From: an uncultured Chloroflexia bacterium | GTDB lineage: Bacteria > Chloroflexota > Limnocylindria > Limnocylindrales > CSP1-4 | Length of the DNA stretch: 64,000 nucleotides | Direction of reading: 5' to 3' | Assembly: GCA_963828165.1 (NCBI GenBank) | Contig: CAWHDR010000001.1 | Coordinates: 1,760,001-1,824,000 of the forward strand | Shown here: positions 32,814 to 43,052 of the stretch, in pieces | Layout: every line of letters starts with the position of its first letter | Position numbering within the stretch: position 1 is the stretch's first letter | Notes under the pieces: generated by a model | The model's database searches: none | The model's input: only the letters and a program-made list of their open reading frames with translations | What the model was told of the DNA's origin: nothing | Made by a program: the position numbers and the translations under genes

Positions 32814-33602
32814 ATGAAGCCAGCCACCGTGTTCCTGGGCGAGATGACCGATCCCGAGGTGCGCGCCGCCCTGGAACGGACCCAGACGATCATCATCCCG
32901 ACGGGCTCGACCGAGCAGCACGGACCGCACGGCCCGCTGCTGACCGACGCGATCGTCCCGACCGAGGTGGGGCGCCGCGTCGCGGAGCGGATCGGGGCGC
33001 TCGTCGGGCCGGCCATCAACTACGCCCTGTCGTATCCCCACGTCGGGTTCACTGGCGTCGTCCATATCCGTGTGGCGACGTTCATGTCGCTGATCGAGGA
33101 CCTGTGTGCGTCGTACGCGTCGATCGGCTTCACGCGGATCGTCTTCCTCAACGGCCACTACGACAACACGTACGCGATCGCGTACGCCTGTGCCACCGCG
33201 GCCGAGCGGATGCCCAGTGGCGTCGCGGCCTTCCCGGTCAACTACTGGGACGGCATGACCGCCGAAGAGGCGGGCGAGTTCTTCGGGCCGACGACTGGTC
33301 TCCACGCGAACCGCGGCGAGACCTCGGCGGTCATGGCCATCGACCCCGACCTGGTCGACCTCGACGCCGCGAATGCCGAGCTGCCGCCCTTCCCGGAGGT
33401 CACGAACCAGGCACCCGTCCACACCGCGTTCTTCTTCTCGGCGCCGGGATCGGTCCACCGGGCCACCAAGTCGGGAACCTGGGGCGATGCCCGGGAGGCG
33501 TCGGTCGAGTACGGCCAGCGCTATCTCGATGTCGTGACCGACGCGACCGTTCGAGTCCTCGACGACATCGAGCGGACGTTCGCGGCGATGCCGCCGCGCT
33601 AA
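32814..33602 (+). CDS. Creatininase family amidohydrolase
   Basis: GSTEQHGPH..L.TD, NGH..N, HA...ETS. Confidence 0.9.
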   Translation: MKPATVFLGEMTDPEVRAALERTQTIIIPTGSTEQHGPHGPLLTDAIVPTEVGRRVAERIGALVGPAINYALSYPHVGFTGVVHIRVATFMSLIEDLCASYASIGFTRIVFLNGHYDNTYAIAYACATAAERMPSGVAAFPVNYWDGMTAEEAGEFFGPTTGLHANRGETSAVMAIDPDLVDLDAANAELPPFPEVTNQAPVHTAFFFSAPGSVHRATKSGTWGDAREASVEYGQRYLDVVTDATVRVLDDIERTFAAMPPR

Positions 33603-34743
33603 TCGGCGAGCTGGACCCATGCTCCGGCACGCATGACGCGCCGGATGGAGAGGTCACCGTCGAGCTCCACGATGTCGGCGCGCTGGCCGACGGCGAGGCG
33701 GCCGCGGTCGGTGATGCCGAGCAGCGCGAGCGGAGCGCGGGTTGCGGCGGCGATGGCGGCCGGGATCGGGATGCCGGCCCCCACGAGCCTGCGGATCGCG
33801 ACATCGAGGGCGAGCGCGGACCCGGCGAGGGTCGTGGTACCCGCGAGGGTCACTCGCTCGCCGCGCACCTCGACGTCGAGCGAGCCCAGCCGCCCGAGGC
33901 CGTCGCCGGTTCCGGCGAGCGCCACGGCGTCACTGACGAGGACGATCCGACCCGGCTGCTTCATCCGTTCGATCAGCCGCCAGAGCCCGGGATGGACATG
34001 GATGCCATCGGCGATGAGCTCGACGAAGGCGCGCTCATCGAGCAGGGCCGCGAGCGCGAGCCCGGGTGCGCGGTGGTCGAGCCCAGTCATCGCGTTGAAC
34101 AGGTGCGTCGTCCCGGTCGCGCCCGCCGCATATCCCGCGTCCGCCTCGTCGAGCGTCGCGGCCGAATGGCCGAGCGAGACCGTTGCCCCGTGATCGTGGA
34201 ACCAGCGGATGAGGTCCGGACGCGCCGGGGAGCTCCGGGGCGATGGTGATCAGCCGCAGCCCGTCGAGCAGCGGCTCGAGATCGCTCTTGGCGACTTCGC
34301 TCGGAAGGACGAGCGCAGCCAGGTCGTGGGCGCCGCGCTTCGGAGCAGCGAGGAACGGGCCCTCGAGGTTCAAGCCCAGCGGCTCCGCCCCATCGGCCGG
34401 GGCGTCGGGCAGCCACGCCGCGGACGCGGTCGGCGAACGCGGTTAGGGCGGGGAGGGGTGCGGAGACGGCGGTCGGCAGGAAGGACGTGACGCCGCGACG
34501 AAGCAACGCCCGGGCCATCCCGTCGAGGGCGGCACGGTCGCCCATCGCGTCGTGACCGCCCCAGCCGTGGACGTGGACGTCGACGAAGCCCGGCGCGATG
34601 AGCGGTCCGGCTCCGCTGGCTTCGCCGTCGTCGAGGTCAACCGCCCCGATCACTCCGTCCCGGACCGTGATGCTGCCCGCGGCCAGGCGATCGTCGAGGA
34701 CCAGGCGGCCGCTGATGGTCGTAGCGGTCGGTCGGCCGCTCAT
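33599..34743 (-). CDS. nagA: N-acetylglucosamine-6-phosphate deacetylase; two +1 frameshifts near 34420 and 34217
   Basis: PGFVDVHVHG..G, LEGPFL...RGAH, TIAPE, LGHS, THLFNAM, IADGIHV, LAGS spread across three frames. Confidence 0.85.
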
Positions 34744-35519
34744 CGCTCACCGCGAGCGGTCCCACCGCCGGCCGCATCGGCCGCCTCGAGATCCGGTCCC
34801 TCGATGTCGAATCCGACGACAAGGCCGTAGCGGTCGGCCGCGTAGCGCGACTCGGTCGCCTCGATGCGACGGCCGTGCCCGTCGGCGATGACGCGCCGCT
34901 CGACCAGCAGCGGGTCGCCGATGCGGACATCGAGCAGACGGGCGTCGTCGGGCGTCGCGGCGGCCGCGCCGATCGTGCTGGTCCCGCCGCGCAGCACGAT
35001 GCCGGCCCGACCAAGCGTTTCGTGCAGCGAGCCCTTGGCGAGGTCGGCCGTCATGACGGCGTCGGCGCATTGCCCGAGCAGGACGGTCGATTCGAGGACG
35101 ATCGGCTCGTCGTCGGCCTGCCGCAGTCGGCGCAGGTGGACGACCGGCTGCCCGGTCGGGATGCCGAGGCTTTCGGCTTCGGCGGGCGAGGACGGGCGGA
35201 TGGCCCGGGTCAGCACGCGCGAGCTGGGAACGCGACCGGCGCGGCGCATCTCCTGCGTGAACGTCATGAGCCGATTGGCCCGACGGTGCACGGGCGGATC
35301 TGCCACGAAGCTCCCTCGGCCGGGCTTCCGCGTGATCAGACCATCCTCGGCGAGGCGCTGCATGGCATTACGAGCGGTCATCCGGCTCACACCGAACTCC
35401 GCACACAGCTCTGCGTCGGACGGCAGTCGGGCCCCCGGCACCAGGGTCGAGATCCGTTCGCGCAGGGCTTGCTCGATCAGGCGGTAGTGATGCTGGGGTG
35501 GGGTGCTCGCCTGGATCAT
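34740..35519 (-). CDS. GntR family regulator (HutC/UTRA subfamily)
   Basis: RLPS..EL..EFGVSRMT.R.A...L, GRGSFV, UTRA-like C-terminus. Confidence 0.92.
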   Translation of the reverse strand: MIQASTPPQHHYRLIEQALRERISTLVPGARLPSDAELCAEFGVSRMTARNAMQRLAEDGLITRKPGRGSFVADPPVHRRANRLMTFTQEMRRAGRVPSSRVLTRAIRPSSPAEAESLGIPTGQPVVHLRRLRQADDEPIVLESTVLLGQCADAVMTADLAKGSLHETLGRAGIVLRGGTSTIGAAAATPDDARLLDVRIGDPLLVERRVIADGHGRRIEATESRYAADRYGLVVGFDIEGPDLEAADAAGGGTARGER

Positions 35520-36478
35520 CGTGCCTCGACCGGTGCGTGGGCGGCCGCCGGGTCGTCTCGACCTGCCCTTTCGGCGCCGTGGAGGGCCGCCCCGATGGCG
35601 CCGGCCCACGTTCCGAGCTCCGCTGGCACGACTCGGACGCGATCGAGCGCGGTCGTGTAGACCCGCTCACGCAGCTCAGCCTCGATCGGGCCCTGTAACA
35701 GGTCGAACGCAGCCGAGATGCCGCCGCCGATGACGACGACGTCCGGATTGACGACCACGATCATGTTGGCGATGCCGATCCCAAGGTATCGCCCGACGGC
35801 GACCAGCCCGGCGACCGCCGCCGGTTCGCCGGCACGAGCCGCAGCCATCGCCTCCTCGGCGGTCGCGGTCCCGCAGGCTGCGGCGATGCGGTCGGCCCGC
35901 GCGAATGCCTCCAGGCAGCCGCGGTTGCCGCAGCCGCAGGGAGGTCCATCCGGCTCCAGTGTCTGGTGACCGAGCTCGCCGCCCGTGCCGTCATGCCCCA
36001 GGTGGACGCGGCCATCGATCGCGATGACGCCGCCGATGCCGGTTCCAAGCGTCAGCCCGATCATCGAAGCGGCCCCGCGCGCGGCGCCGAGGCGCAACTC
36101 GGCGAGCCCGAACGCCCGCGCGTCGTTGATCAGCGTGGTCGGCAGACCCAACGCCTCGCCGACCGGGCCTGCCACGGGTACGCCGGGCCAGCCTCCGGGG
36201 AAATTGACCAGGAACCGCGTCGTGCCGGTCGCCGGGTCATACAGGCCGGGAACCCCCACGCCGACCGACGTGACCCCCGGACTGCGCTCGATCGCGTCGG
36301 CCCCGACGGCCCCGAGTCGCGGCACGACGTCATCAGGACCCTTGGGCATGGGCGTCTCGACCTGACCCCGGTCGAGGACATGCCACTCGTCGGCGTCCCG
36401 CTGGACGACAACCCACTTGATATTCGTCCCGCCAAGATCGAGCCCGAGATGGCGACTCGTGGGCGGGCCGTCCCGCAC
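35516..36478 (-). CDS. ROK family sugar kinase
   Basis: GLDLGGT, NDA, LGTGIGG, ELGH, CGCGNRGCLE; no HTH. Confidence 0.9.
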   Translation of the reverse strand: MRDGPPTSRHLGLDLGGTNIKWVVVQRDADEWHVLDRGQVETPMPKGPDDVVPRLGAVGADAIERSPGVTSVGVGVPGLYDPATGTTRFLVNFPGGWPGVPVAGPVGEALGLPTTLINDARAFGLAELRLGAARGAASMIGLTLGTGIGGVIAIDGRVHLGHDGTGGELGHQTLEPDGPPCGCGNRGCLEAFARADRIAAACGTATAEEAMAAARAGEPAAVAGLVAVGRYLGIGIANMIVVVNPDVVVIGGGISAAFDLLQGPIEAELRERVYTTALDRVRVVPAELGTWAGAIGAALHGAERAGRDDPAAAHAPVEAR

Positions 36479-36483
36479 GTCGA

Positions 36484-37482
36484 TCAGGACTCCGCCGTGA
36501 CCCGGGTGTAGGCGGCTGCGACGACGACGATGATCGAGCCGAACAGGATCTGGCGAAGGGCCTCGGGCAGCCCGAGCGTCGTGAGCAGGGACGTCAGCAC
36601 GGTCAGGATCAGGGCCCCGACCAGTGTCCCGCCGTAGCCACCACGGCCACCCATGATCGAGGTCCCGCCGATCACCGCCGCGGCCACCGACGGCAGCACC
36701 GCACTGTCCACGAGGGTCACGCTGGCCACGTTGTTGAGGCCCGTGTACAGGAACCCGGCGATGGCGGCGATCAGGGCCGAGATGACGTACAGCACGATGA
36801 GGACCTGCCACGACTTGGTGCCGGCAAGGCGGGCGGCGATCGGGTTGTCTCCGACCGCGTACAGCAGCCGGCCATAGCCGGTCCGCCGCAGCAGCAGCAG
36901 GACGAAGGCGACCAGGGGCAGGAAGACCAGCAGGCTGTTCGGCAGCACTCCGAGGAACGTGCCCGATCCGAGCGTGCGCAGGAGCGCCGGGACGCCTGCC
37001 CCGGTCTGGACCATGACGATCTGCCAGACGTTGGCCAGCCCGAGGATCACCAGGCTCATGCCCAGGGTCATGATCAGCGGGTGGACCTTGAAGACCCCGA
37101 CACCGATGCCCGTCAGGAGGCCGGCGAGCGCCGCGATGACGAGCGCGACGATCAGGGCGACCGCGAGCCCCTGGCCACCGACGAGCGTCGCGACCACGAA
37201 CCCGCTCATCGACGCGACGGCGCCGACAGACAGGTCGATGCCGCCGGTCAGGAACGTGAGGGTCTGGCAGGCGGCGAGGAGCGCCAGCGGGATCGCCGAA
37301 CGGACGATTCCCGCCGCCCACCCCGGGTTGACGGAATCCGGCCTGACGAGAAAGACCAGGGCGACCAGCAGCACCAGCAGTCCGATGAGCGGGATGAGTG
37401 GCTGATCGCGGAACAGGCGACGCCACGCGGCCACGGTGAGCCACGGGTTGCGGGCGCTCGAGGTGCCGGCCACGCCGGTCAT
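36484..37482 (-). CDS. Sugar ABC transporter permease (RbsC type)
   Basis: GGIDLSVG, GR..YAVG.N..AA..AG, AAAVIGGTS..GG.G. Confidence 0.92.
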   Translation of the reverse strand: MTGVAGTSSARNPWLTVAAWRRLFRDQPLIPLIGLLVLLVALVFLVRPDSVNPGWAAGIVRSAIPLALLAACQTLTFLTGGIDLSVGAVASMSGFVVATLVGGQGLAVALIVALVIAALAGLLTGIGVGVFKVHPLIMTLGMSLVILGLANVWQIVMVQTGAGVPALLRTLGSGTFLGVLPNSLLVFLPLVAFVLLLLRRTGYGRLLYAVGDNPIAARLAGTKSWQVLIVLYVISALIAAIAGFLYTGLNNVASVTLVDSAVLPSVAAAVIGGTSIMGGRGGYGGTLVGALILTVLTSLLTTLGLPEALRQILFGSIIVVVAAAYTRVTAES

Positions 37483-38483
37483 GCGCGATCCCGCCGGATC
37501 TGGATCAGGCTGCCGAACATGACCACGCCGATCAGGATGACGCCCTGCAGCACGACCGAGAGGTTGGTGTTGACGTTGAGGAACGTCATGTCGGTCCGGA
37601 TCAGCTGGAGGATCACGACGGCGACGATCGGCCCGAACACGCCACCGCGGCCACCCGCGAGGCTCACGCCCCCGAGGACCACGGCCGCGACGCTCAGCAA
37701 TGTGTAAGGCCCGGGCACCGGGGTCGCGATCCCGGTGCTCGCCGTGAGCGCCAGGCCGCCGAGTGCGGCGAACAGGCCGGTCAGCATGTAGGCGACGAGG
37801 CGTGTCCGGTCGACCGGCACGCCGCTTCGGAACGCGGCCAGCCGGTTGCTGCCGATCGCATAGATGGACAGCCCCACGCGAGTTCGTCGGATGGGGATCC
37901 AGATCAGCGCCACGACGAGGATCAGGACCACCGCACCCTTCGGGATCCACTCGTTGACGAGGGACCCGGTGACCAGGTCCTTGAGCCACGTCGCGGAGGC
38001 GCCGCCGGGGGTCTTCAGCACCAGCAACGCGGCGCCCGCCCACACGAACGACATCGCGAGGGTCACGACGATATCGGGCACGCGCGTGAGGACGACCACG
38101 CCTCCGTTGATGGCGCCCACGACGAGCCCGAGCAGGAGGACGCCGAACACGACCGCGACCGCGAACTCCTCGGTCTGGCCCTTCATGAGCGTGGCCGAGA
38201 CGACGCTCGTCAGAGCCATCACGGCGCCGATCGAAAGGTCGATCCCGCCGGAGATGACCACGATCGCCTGCCCGACGGCAGCCAGCGCGAGGGGTAGCAC
38301 GGAGATCGCCAGGCCCTGGATGCCGGCCACCCCGTAGCTCGGCTGGATGAGCTTCGTGAAGACCAAAAGCAGCGCCAGGAAGCCGACCAGTCCAATGACC
38401 CAGCCGTTGCGTTGCCCAAAGGAGACCAGAGCGTCCGAGGGACGGGGACGGAGGTCGTCGGCCGGGGCCGTCGTGGCGCTCAT
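37479..38483 (-). CDS. Sugar ABC transporter permease (RbsC type)
   Basis: GGIDLSIG, YAIGSN..AA..SG, AAVVLGGVSL.GG.G. Confidence 0.92.
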   Translation of the reverse strand: MSATTAPADDLRPRPSDALVSFGQRNGWVIGLVGFLALLLVFTKLIQPSYGVAGIQGLAISVLPLALAAVGQAIVVISGGIDLSIGAVMALTSVVSATLMKGQTEEFAVAVVFGVLLLGLVVGAINGGVVVLTRVPDIVVTLAMSFVWAGAALLVLKTPGGASATWLKDLVTGSLVNEWIPKGAVVLILVVALIWIPIRRTRVGLSIYAIGSNRLAAFRSGVPVDRTRLVAYMLTGLFAALGGLALTASTGIATPVPGPYTLLSVAAVVLGGVSLAGGRGGVFGPIVAVVILQLIRTDMTFLNVNTNLSVVLQGVILIGVVMFGSLIQIRRDRA

Positions 38484-40087
38484 CGGTCGCTCTCGGGCGG
38501 CGGGAGCTCGCGGTCTGGCTCCACATCGGCCGGCGCGGCTGCCTCGGCGACCGCGTCGGCGGCGACCAGCTCGGCGGCGATCTCCTCCGGCATCTGGGCG
38601 TCAGAGCGCAGGTTGTACGCAGCCCGCAGGAGGGTCGGCTCGTCGGCATCGGCGACATCGATCTCCGCGACCACCCGGCCGCCGAAGATGACGATCGCCC
38701 GGTCGCAGGCGAGCCGGATCTCCTTCAGTTCCGAGGTGTAGAGCAGGACGGCTGCCCCGGCCTCCGCCAGATCCCGGAGCAGCACGTAGATCTGCTGCTT
38801 GGTGCGGATGTCGATGCCGCGGGTCGGGTCGAAGCAGAGCATCGCGTGGACCCCGCCGGCCACCCAGCGCGCGATCGTGACCTTCTGCTGGTTGCCGCCC
38901 GAAAGCCGGCGAACCTCGCCCTGCGCGCGCGTGTCGATCTGCAGCCGCTCGATGCCGCCGTCCACCTTGCGACGCTCTTCTCCGGTATTGATCGGGCCCC
39001 AGCGGCTCATCCACGCGGTCCACGGCAGCGCGATGTTCTCGCGTACCGAGCGCTGCATCAGCAGCGCTTCGGCTCGGTCGGCAGGCACGTAGACGAGACC
39101 CGCGCGGATGGCATCCGCGGGATGACGGAAGGTGACCGGCGAGCCGTCGACGAGCAGGTCGCCGCTCGACGGGCGTTCGGAGCCGGCCAGGATGTCGAAC
39201 AGCTCGTCCTGCCCCTGGCCCTCGAGCGCGACCACGCCGAGCACCTCGCCAGGGTAGAGGTCGAACGAGACATCCTGTAGCTTCGTCCGCGCCGCCAGGT
39301 TTCGCGCGGAGATACGGGGCTTCACATCGGCCGACCGAGCCGCCGCGGGCGTCCGCTCGTCGACCGCTGCCATGTCTTCGACGATGTGGCCGAGCATGAG
39401 CTCCACGATCCGCTCTTCGGAGCCCTCGGTCACGTCCACGACGCCGACGGTCTCGCCCTCGCGCAGGACGGTCGCGCGATCGCAGACGGCGGCGATCTCG
39501 ATCATCCGATGGGAGATGAAGATGACCGAGCGATCGCCGCCCCGCTGGCGGCCGATCACCTCGAGGACGCGCTCGGTCAGGTTCGCGGGCAGAGCCGCGG
39601 TCATCTCGTCGAGCATGAGGACGTCGGGTTCGATCGCCATCGCTCGGGCGAGATCGATGACCCGGAGCGAGGCCAGCGGCACGCGCCGCGCCATGCTCGA
39701 CAGGTCCAGGTTGTCCAAACCCAGTTCATCCAGCCAGTGGCGGAAGGGCTCGACCGGCGTCTCGGTCAGACGGAGATTCGCCCGGATGTCCAGGTCCGGG
39801 ATCAGGGCCGGTTCCTGGTAGACCGACACGATGCCGCCGCGGCGCGCCTCCGCAGGGGAATGGGCGGTGAACGCCCGGCCGCGGACCGACAGGGTGCCGG
39901 CGTCCGGACGGACGGCCCCGGTCAGGATCTTGACGAGCGTGCTCTTGCCGGCGCCGTTGGCGCCCATGAGCGCATGGACTTCCCCGGGGCGCACCGCCAG
40001 GGAGGCGTTCTTCAGCGCGAGGACCGCGCCGTACGCCTTCCTGATGCCCGTGGCCTCGAGCAGGAGCTCCGTCGTGGTGAGGGTCAT
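38480..40087 (-). CDS. Sugar ABC transporter ATP-binding protein (RbsA type, two NBDs)
   Basis: GANGAGKST, LSGGNQQK, DPTRGID. Confidence 0.95.
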   Translation of the reverse strand: MTLTTTELLLEATGIRKAYGAVLALKNASLAVRPGEVHALMGANGAGKSTLVKILTGAVRPDAGTLSVRGRAFTAHSPAEARRGGIVSVYQEPALIPDLDIRANLRLTETPVEPFRHWLDELGLDNLDLSSMARRVPLASLRVIDLARAMAIEPDVLMLDEMTAALPANLTERVLEVIGRQRGGDRSVIFISHRMIEIAAVCDRATVLREGETVGVVDVTEGSEERIVELMLGHIVEDMAAVDERTPAAARSADVKPRISARNLAARTKLQDVSFDLYPGEVLGVVALEGQGQDELFDILAGSERPSSGDLLVDGSPVTFRHPADAIRAGLVYVPADRAEALLMQRSVRENIALPWTAWMSRWGPINTGEERRKVDGGIERLQIDTRAQGEVRRLSGGNQQKVTIARWVAGGVHAMLCFDPTRGIDIRTKQQIYVLLRDLAEAGAAVLLYTSELKEIRLACDRAIVIFGGRVVAEIDVADADEPTLLRAAYNLRSDAQMPEEIAAELVAADAVAEAAAPADVEPDRELPPPESDR

Positions 40088-40105
40088 CGGTCCCTCGATG
40101 GTAGT

Positions 40106-40139
40106 ACGAGAGATGCCGGACGAATCCGGCATCTCTCGT
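40106..40139 (-). terminator. Perfect 15-bp stem-loop after the solute-binding gene
   Basis: ACGAGAGATGCCGGA-N4-TCCGGCATCTCTCGT, UUCG loop on the mRNA strand, no U-tract. Confidence 0.65.
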
Positions 40140-40165
40140 TCCGTGGGTCTATGGCTCGGGGAAGG

Positions 40166-41344
40166 CTATTCGCCCGGGCCCTTGCAGGCGACGGCCTGCT
40201 CGGGGGTGTACGTCGTGTAGCCCTCGATCTGGAGACCGAGCGGCCAGAGCGGATCGAGACCGTCGACCTTCCACGACTCGAGAAGCGCCTTGCCCTCGTC
40301 CGTGACGTTGTCGGCGACGACCGGGTCCAGGAGGACCGTGTTCGCGCGAGCGGGCGCGGCCGCCGTCTCGATGGTTTCACCGTTGAGGAGCTTGAGCGCC
40401 AAGCCGATACCCGCGCCGCCGACGGCGGCGGTGTTGGTGACGGCGGCCCCCGTGAGGCCCTCGTATTCCGTCGGGTTCGTGAGCTGGCCGACGAACGCGC
40501 CGAGGTCAGCGCCGACGATCGGCACGTACGGCTTGGCGGCGGCCTTCACGACATCGACGACCTGCGAATCCATGCCCGACGTCCAGATGCCCTGGACGCC
40601 GTCGTATCCGCCGCTATTGACGAAGTCGTTCGCGATCTGGGTGGCCTTGGCCGGGTCCCAGTCGGTGTGGACGCCCTCGTCGCTCGGGACGAGCTTGATG
40701 CCCGGATTCTCCGCGAGTGCGCGCTTCATGCCGGTGTCGCGGTCGGTGTCAGCCGGGTTGCCGGCGATGCCGCGCGTGTACCAGACATTGCCGGTGCCGT
40801 TGAGCTGCTTGAACAGCCACGACGCGCCGAGGTACGCGTACTCTTCCTGGTTGTTGTAGAGGTTGTAGGTGTCCGGATCGGTGACGAAGGCGTCGACCGA
40901 GACGGTGATGATGCCCGCGGCCTTGGCCTCGGCGAGTGCCGGGTTGAGCGCATCGGGGTCGTTCGGGTTGAACACGATCGCATCGACGTCCGCGGCGATG
41001 AGGTCGCGGATGTCCTGCAACTGGCCCGCGGCGTCCGTGTTGCGGTGGCTGGTGATGAGCTTCGTGACCTGGCCCGAGGAGAGTGCCTCGGCCTTCGCCG
41101 TGCAGACCTGCTCCTCGCGGAAGCCGTTGCCGACGCCGCCACCGTTGGAGTATCCGATCGTGTAGCTGCCGCCCGCCGCGCTCGGCGCGGCGTCGCTCGG
41201 CGCGGCGTCGCTGGGGGCCGCCACGCTGGGGGCCGCCACGCTCGGGGCCGCGCTACCGGCCGGCGTGGAGCAGGCAGCCGCGAACACCGCGGCCGCTGCG
41301 AAGACCGCGAGCAATCTCGCCCGGGTCGTCTTCTTTTCCGTCAT
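40166..41344 (-). CDS. Sugar ABC transporter substrate-binding lipoprotein
   Basis: Lipobox FAAAC; RBS GAGGAGGAG; periplasmic-binding-protein type I features. Confidence 0.9.
   Translation of the reverse strand: MTEKKTTRARLLAVFAAAAVFAAACSTPAGSAAPSVAAPSVAAPSDAAPSDAAPSAAGGSYTIGYSNGGGVGNGFREEQVCTAKAEALSSGQVTKLITSHRNTDAAGQLQDIRDLIAADVDAIVFNPNDPDALNPALAEAKAAGIITVSVDAFVTDPDTYNLYNNQEEYAYLGASWLFKQLNGTGNVWYTRGIAGNPADTDRDTGMKRALAENPGIKLVPSDEGVHTDWDPAKATQIANDFVNSGGYDGVQGIWTSGMDSQVVDVVKAAAKPYVPIVGADLGAFVGQLTNPTEYEGLTGAAVTNTAAVGGAGIGLALKLLNGETIETAAAPARANTVLLDPVVADNVTDEGKALLESWKVDGLDPLWPLGLQIEGYTTYTPEQAVACKGPGE
41177..41254 (-). repeat. 15-bp coding tandem repeat, (S[A/V/D]AAP)-type linker
   Basis: SAAPSVAAPSVAAPSDAAPSDAAPSAA. 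Confidence 0.8.
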
Positions 41345-41429
41345 GCGTTCTCCTCCTCGATCGATGGTGCGCCATGGTGGAGCACCGTAGGACGACGACA
41401 CCCCCACCTACGGGGGTTGTTGATCCTCA

Positions 41430-42272
41430 TCAGCTCGGCTTCACCTCCTGGCCGGGGCTCGCCTCGCCGTCATCCGTAGCGCGGATGATGGCACGTGCGA
41501 TGCGCCGTGCGTGCTCCTCATAGGCTCGTTCGAACAACGACCGCGAGCGCTCGGCGCCTACGACCGATGCTCGGGTGATGACAGGTGGCATCGCACCCCG
41601 CTCCACGAGGAGCTGGGCGGTCCGCACCTTGATGGAATTCACGATCGCAACGGCCGTGATGGTCGAGCCCGGGCCGACCGGGGTATCGAGCCCGTCGATC
41701 TCGACGAGGGCGTCGGCGTGGGGGGTGCACAGGTCGATGACGAGGTCGGCCTCGTCGAGCAAGCGCGTGCCGACGATGGGATCCGGATCGGACGACAGCG
41801 ACTGGTCGACCGAGGTCACCGCGATGACTCGAATGCCGCGCCGCCGCGCGCCACGGGCCATCTCGACCGGCACCGCCGACGTGCCCGAGGCCGAGAAGAC
41901 GATCATGACGTCTCGGGTCCCGAAGCTGAAGTTCTCGAGGATGACGTCGGCGAGGCCCGGCATCCGCTCGATGAACATCGCCTGGCGCTGGCCGTTGGCG
42001 CCGACGATCTGAGTGTGGAACGTCATCGACAGCTCGGCGATCGGGTTGAACCCGGGGTACGACCCATAACGCGGGAACATCTCCTCGAGCGGGATGCGCG
42101 AATGACCCGTTCCGAAGAGGTGGACCAGGCCGTTGTCGGCGATCGCGTCGGCGCACCACTGGCTGGCTTCTTCCAGCGCGTCGCCCTGGGTCGCGGCCAG
42201 CCGGTCGAGGAGAGCCCGGGCCTCGGCCAGGAACGGCGGAGCGTTGACGGGGGCGACGGTCCTCGCGCTCAT
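41430..42272 (-). CDS. SIS domain sugar-phosphate isomerase
   Basis: FGTGHS...EE.F.R.G, FS.SG, IAVTS, GPGST. Confidence 0.85.
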   Translation of the reverse strand: MSARTVAPVNAPPFLAEARALLDRLAATQGDALEEASQWCADAIADNGLVHLFGTGHSRIPLEEMFPRYGSYPGFNPIAELSMTFHTQIVGANGQRQAMFIERMPGLADVILENFSFGTRDVMIVFSASGTSAVPVEMARGARRRGIRVIAVTSVDQSLSSDPDPIVGTRLLDEADLVIDLCTPHADALVEIDGLDTPVGPGSTITAVAIVNSIKVRTAQLLVERGAMPPVITRASVVGAERSRSLFERAYEEHARRIARAIIRATDDGEASPGQEVKPS

Positions 42273-42294
42273 CGCGCGCCCATGAGGTCGACCA

Positions 42295-43044
42295 TCAATA
42301 CCCGCCTTCGGCGCCCGCGCCGGCCGCGGTCGTGACCGGTGCCTGACCGGCTTTCCGCGCTCGGAAGTCGTCGATGATCGTGCTGGTCGCCGTAGCGCCG
42401 ATGCGCGTGGTGCCGAGCGCCATGACCTCGAGGAGGGCATCCAGGGTCCGAACGCCGCCGGCGGCCTTGACCCCGATGTGCGGCCCCGTGTTCGCGCGCA
42501 TGAGCCGAAGGTCGTCGTGGGTGGCCCCACCCGGCGCGAACCCGGTGGACGTCTTCACGAAGTCGGCGCCGGCGGCCTCTGACAGCCGGCAGGCGCGGAT
42601 CTTCTCGTCGTCGGTCAGGTAAGCGTTCTCGAAGATGACCTTGACGATCGCGCCGGCCGCATGGGCGACTTCGACGATGGCGGCGATGTCGGCCCCGACA
42701 TCGGCGTCGCGGCCGGCCTTCAGGGCGCCGATCTGGATGACCATGTCGAGCTCGGTCGCGCCATCGGCGAGGGCCTGCTTCGCCTCGAACACCTTGGTCT
42801 CGGTGCGGTGGTTGCCGTGCGGGAAGCCGATGGTGGTCCCGACGGCCACGTCCGTGCCGGCGAGGATGGCCGCTGCGCGGACGACGTCTGCCGGCCGGAC
42901 GCACACGCTCGCGACGTCGTAGTCGGCGGCCAGCCGGCAGCCATCTTCGACGAAGGCGTCGTCGAGCTCGGGGCGCAGCAGCGAGTGGTCGATCGCCTTG
43001 GCGATGTCCCGTTCCGTCAGCGCGTCGAAGTCGATGGTCGACAT
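42295..43044 (-). CDS. deoC: Deoxyribose-phosphate aldolase
   Basis: IDHSLLRP, IGFPHG, ELDMV, VKVIFE, FVKTSTGF, VKAAGGVR, RIGA. Confidence 0.92.
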   Translation of the reverse strand: MSTIDFDALTERDIAKAIDHSLLRPELDDAFVEDGCRLAADYDVASVCVRPADVVRAAAILAGTDVAVGTTIGFPHGNHRTETKVFEAKQALADGATELDMVIQIGALKAGRDADVGADIAAIVEVAHAAGAIVKVIFENAYLTDDEKIRACRLSEAAGADFVKTSTGFAPGGATHDDLRLMRANTGPHIGVKAAGGVRTLDALLEVMALGTTRIGATATSTIIDDFRARKAGQAPVTTAAGAGAEGGY

Positions 43045-43052
43045 GGGTTCGC

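Noticed and set aside
30018-33602. Mycofactocin cluster (creatininase resembling MftE, with LLM and SDRs)
   Set aside because: No precursor peptide, radical SAM enzyme or glycosyltransferase in the window
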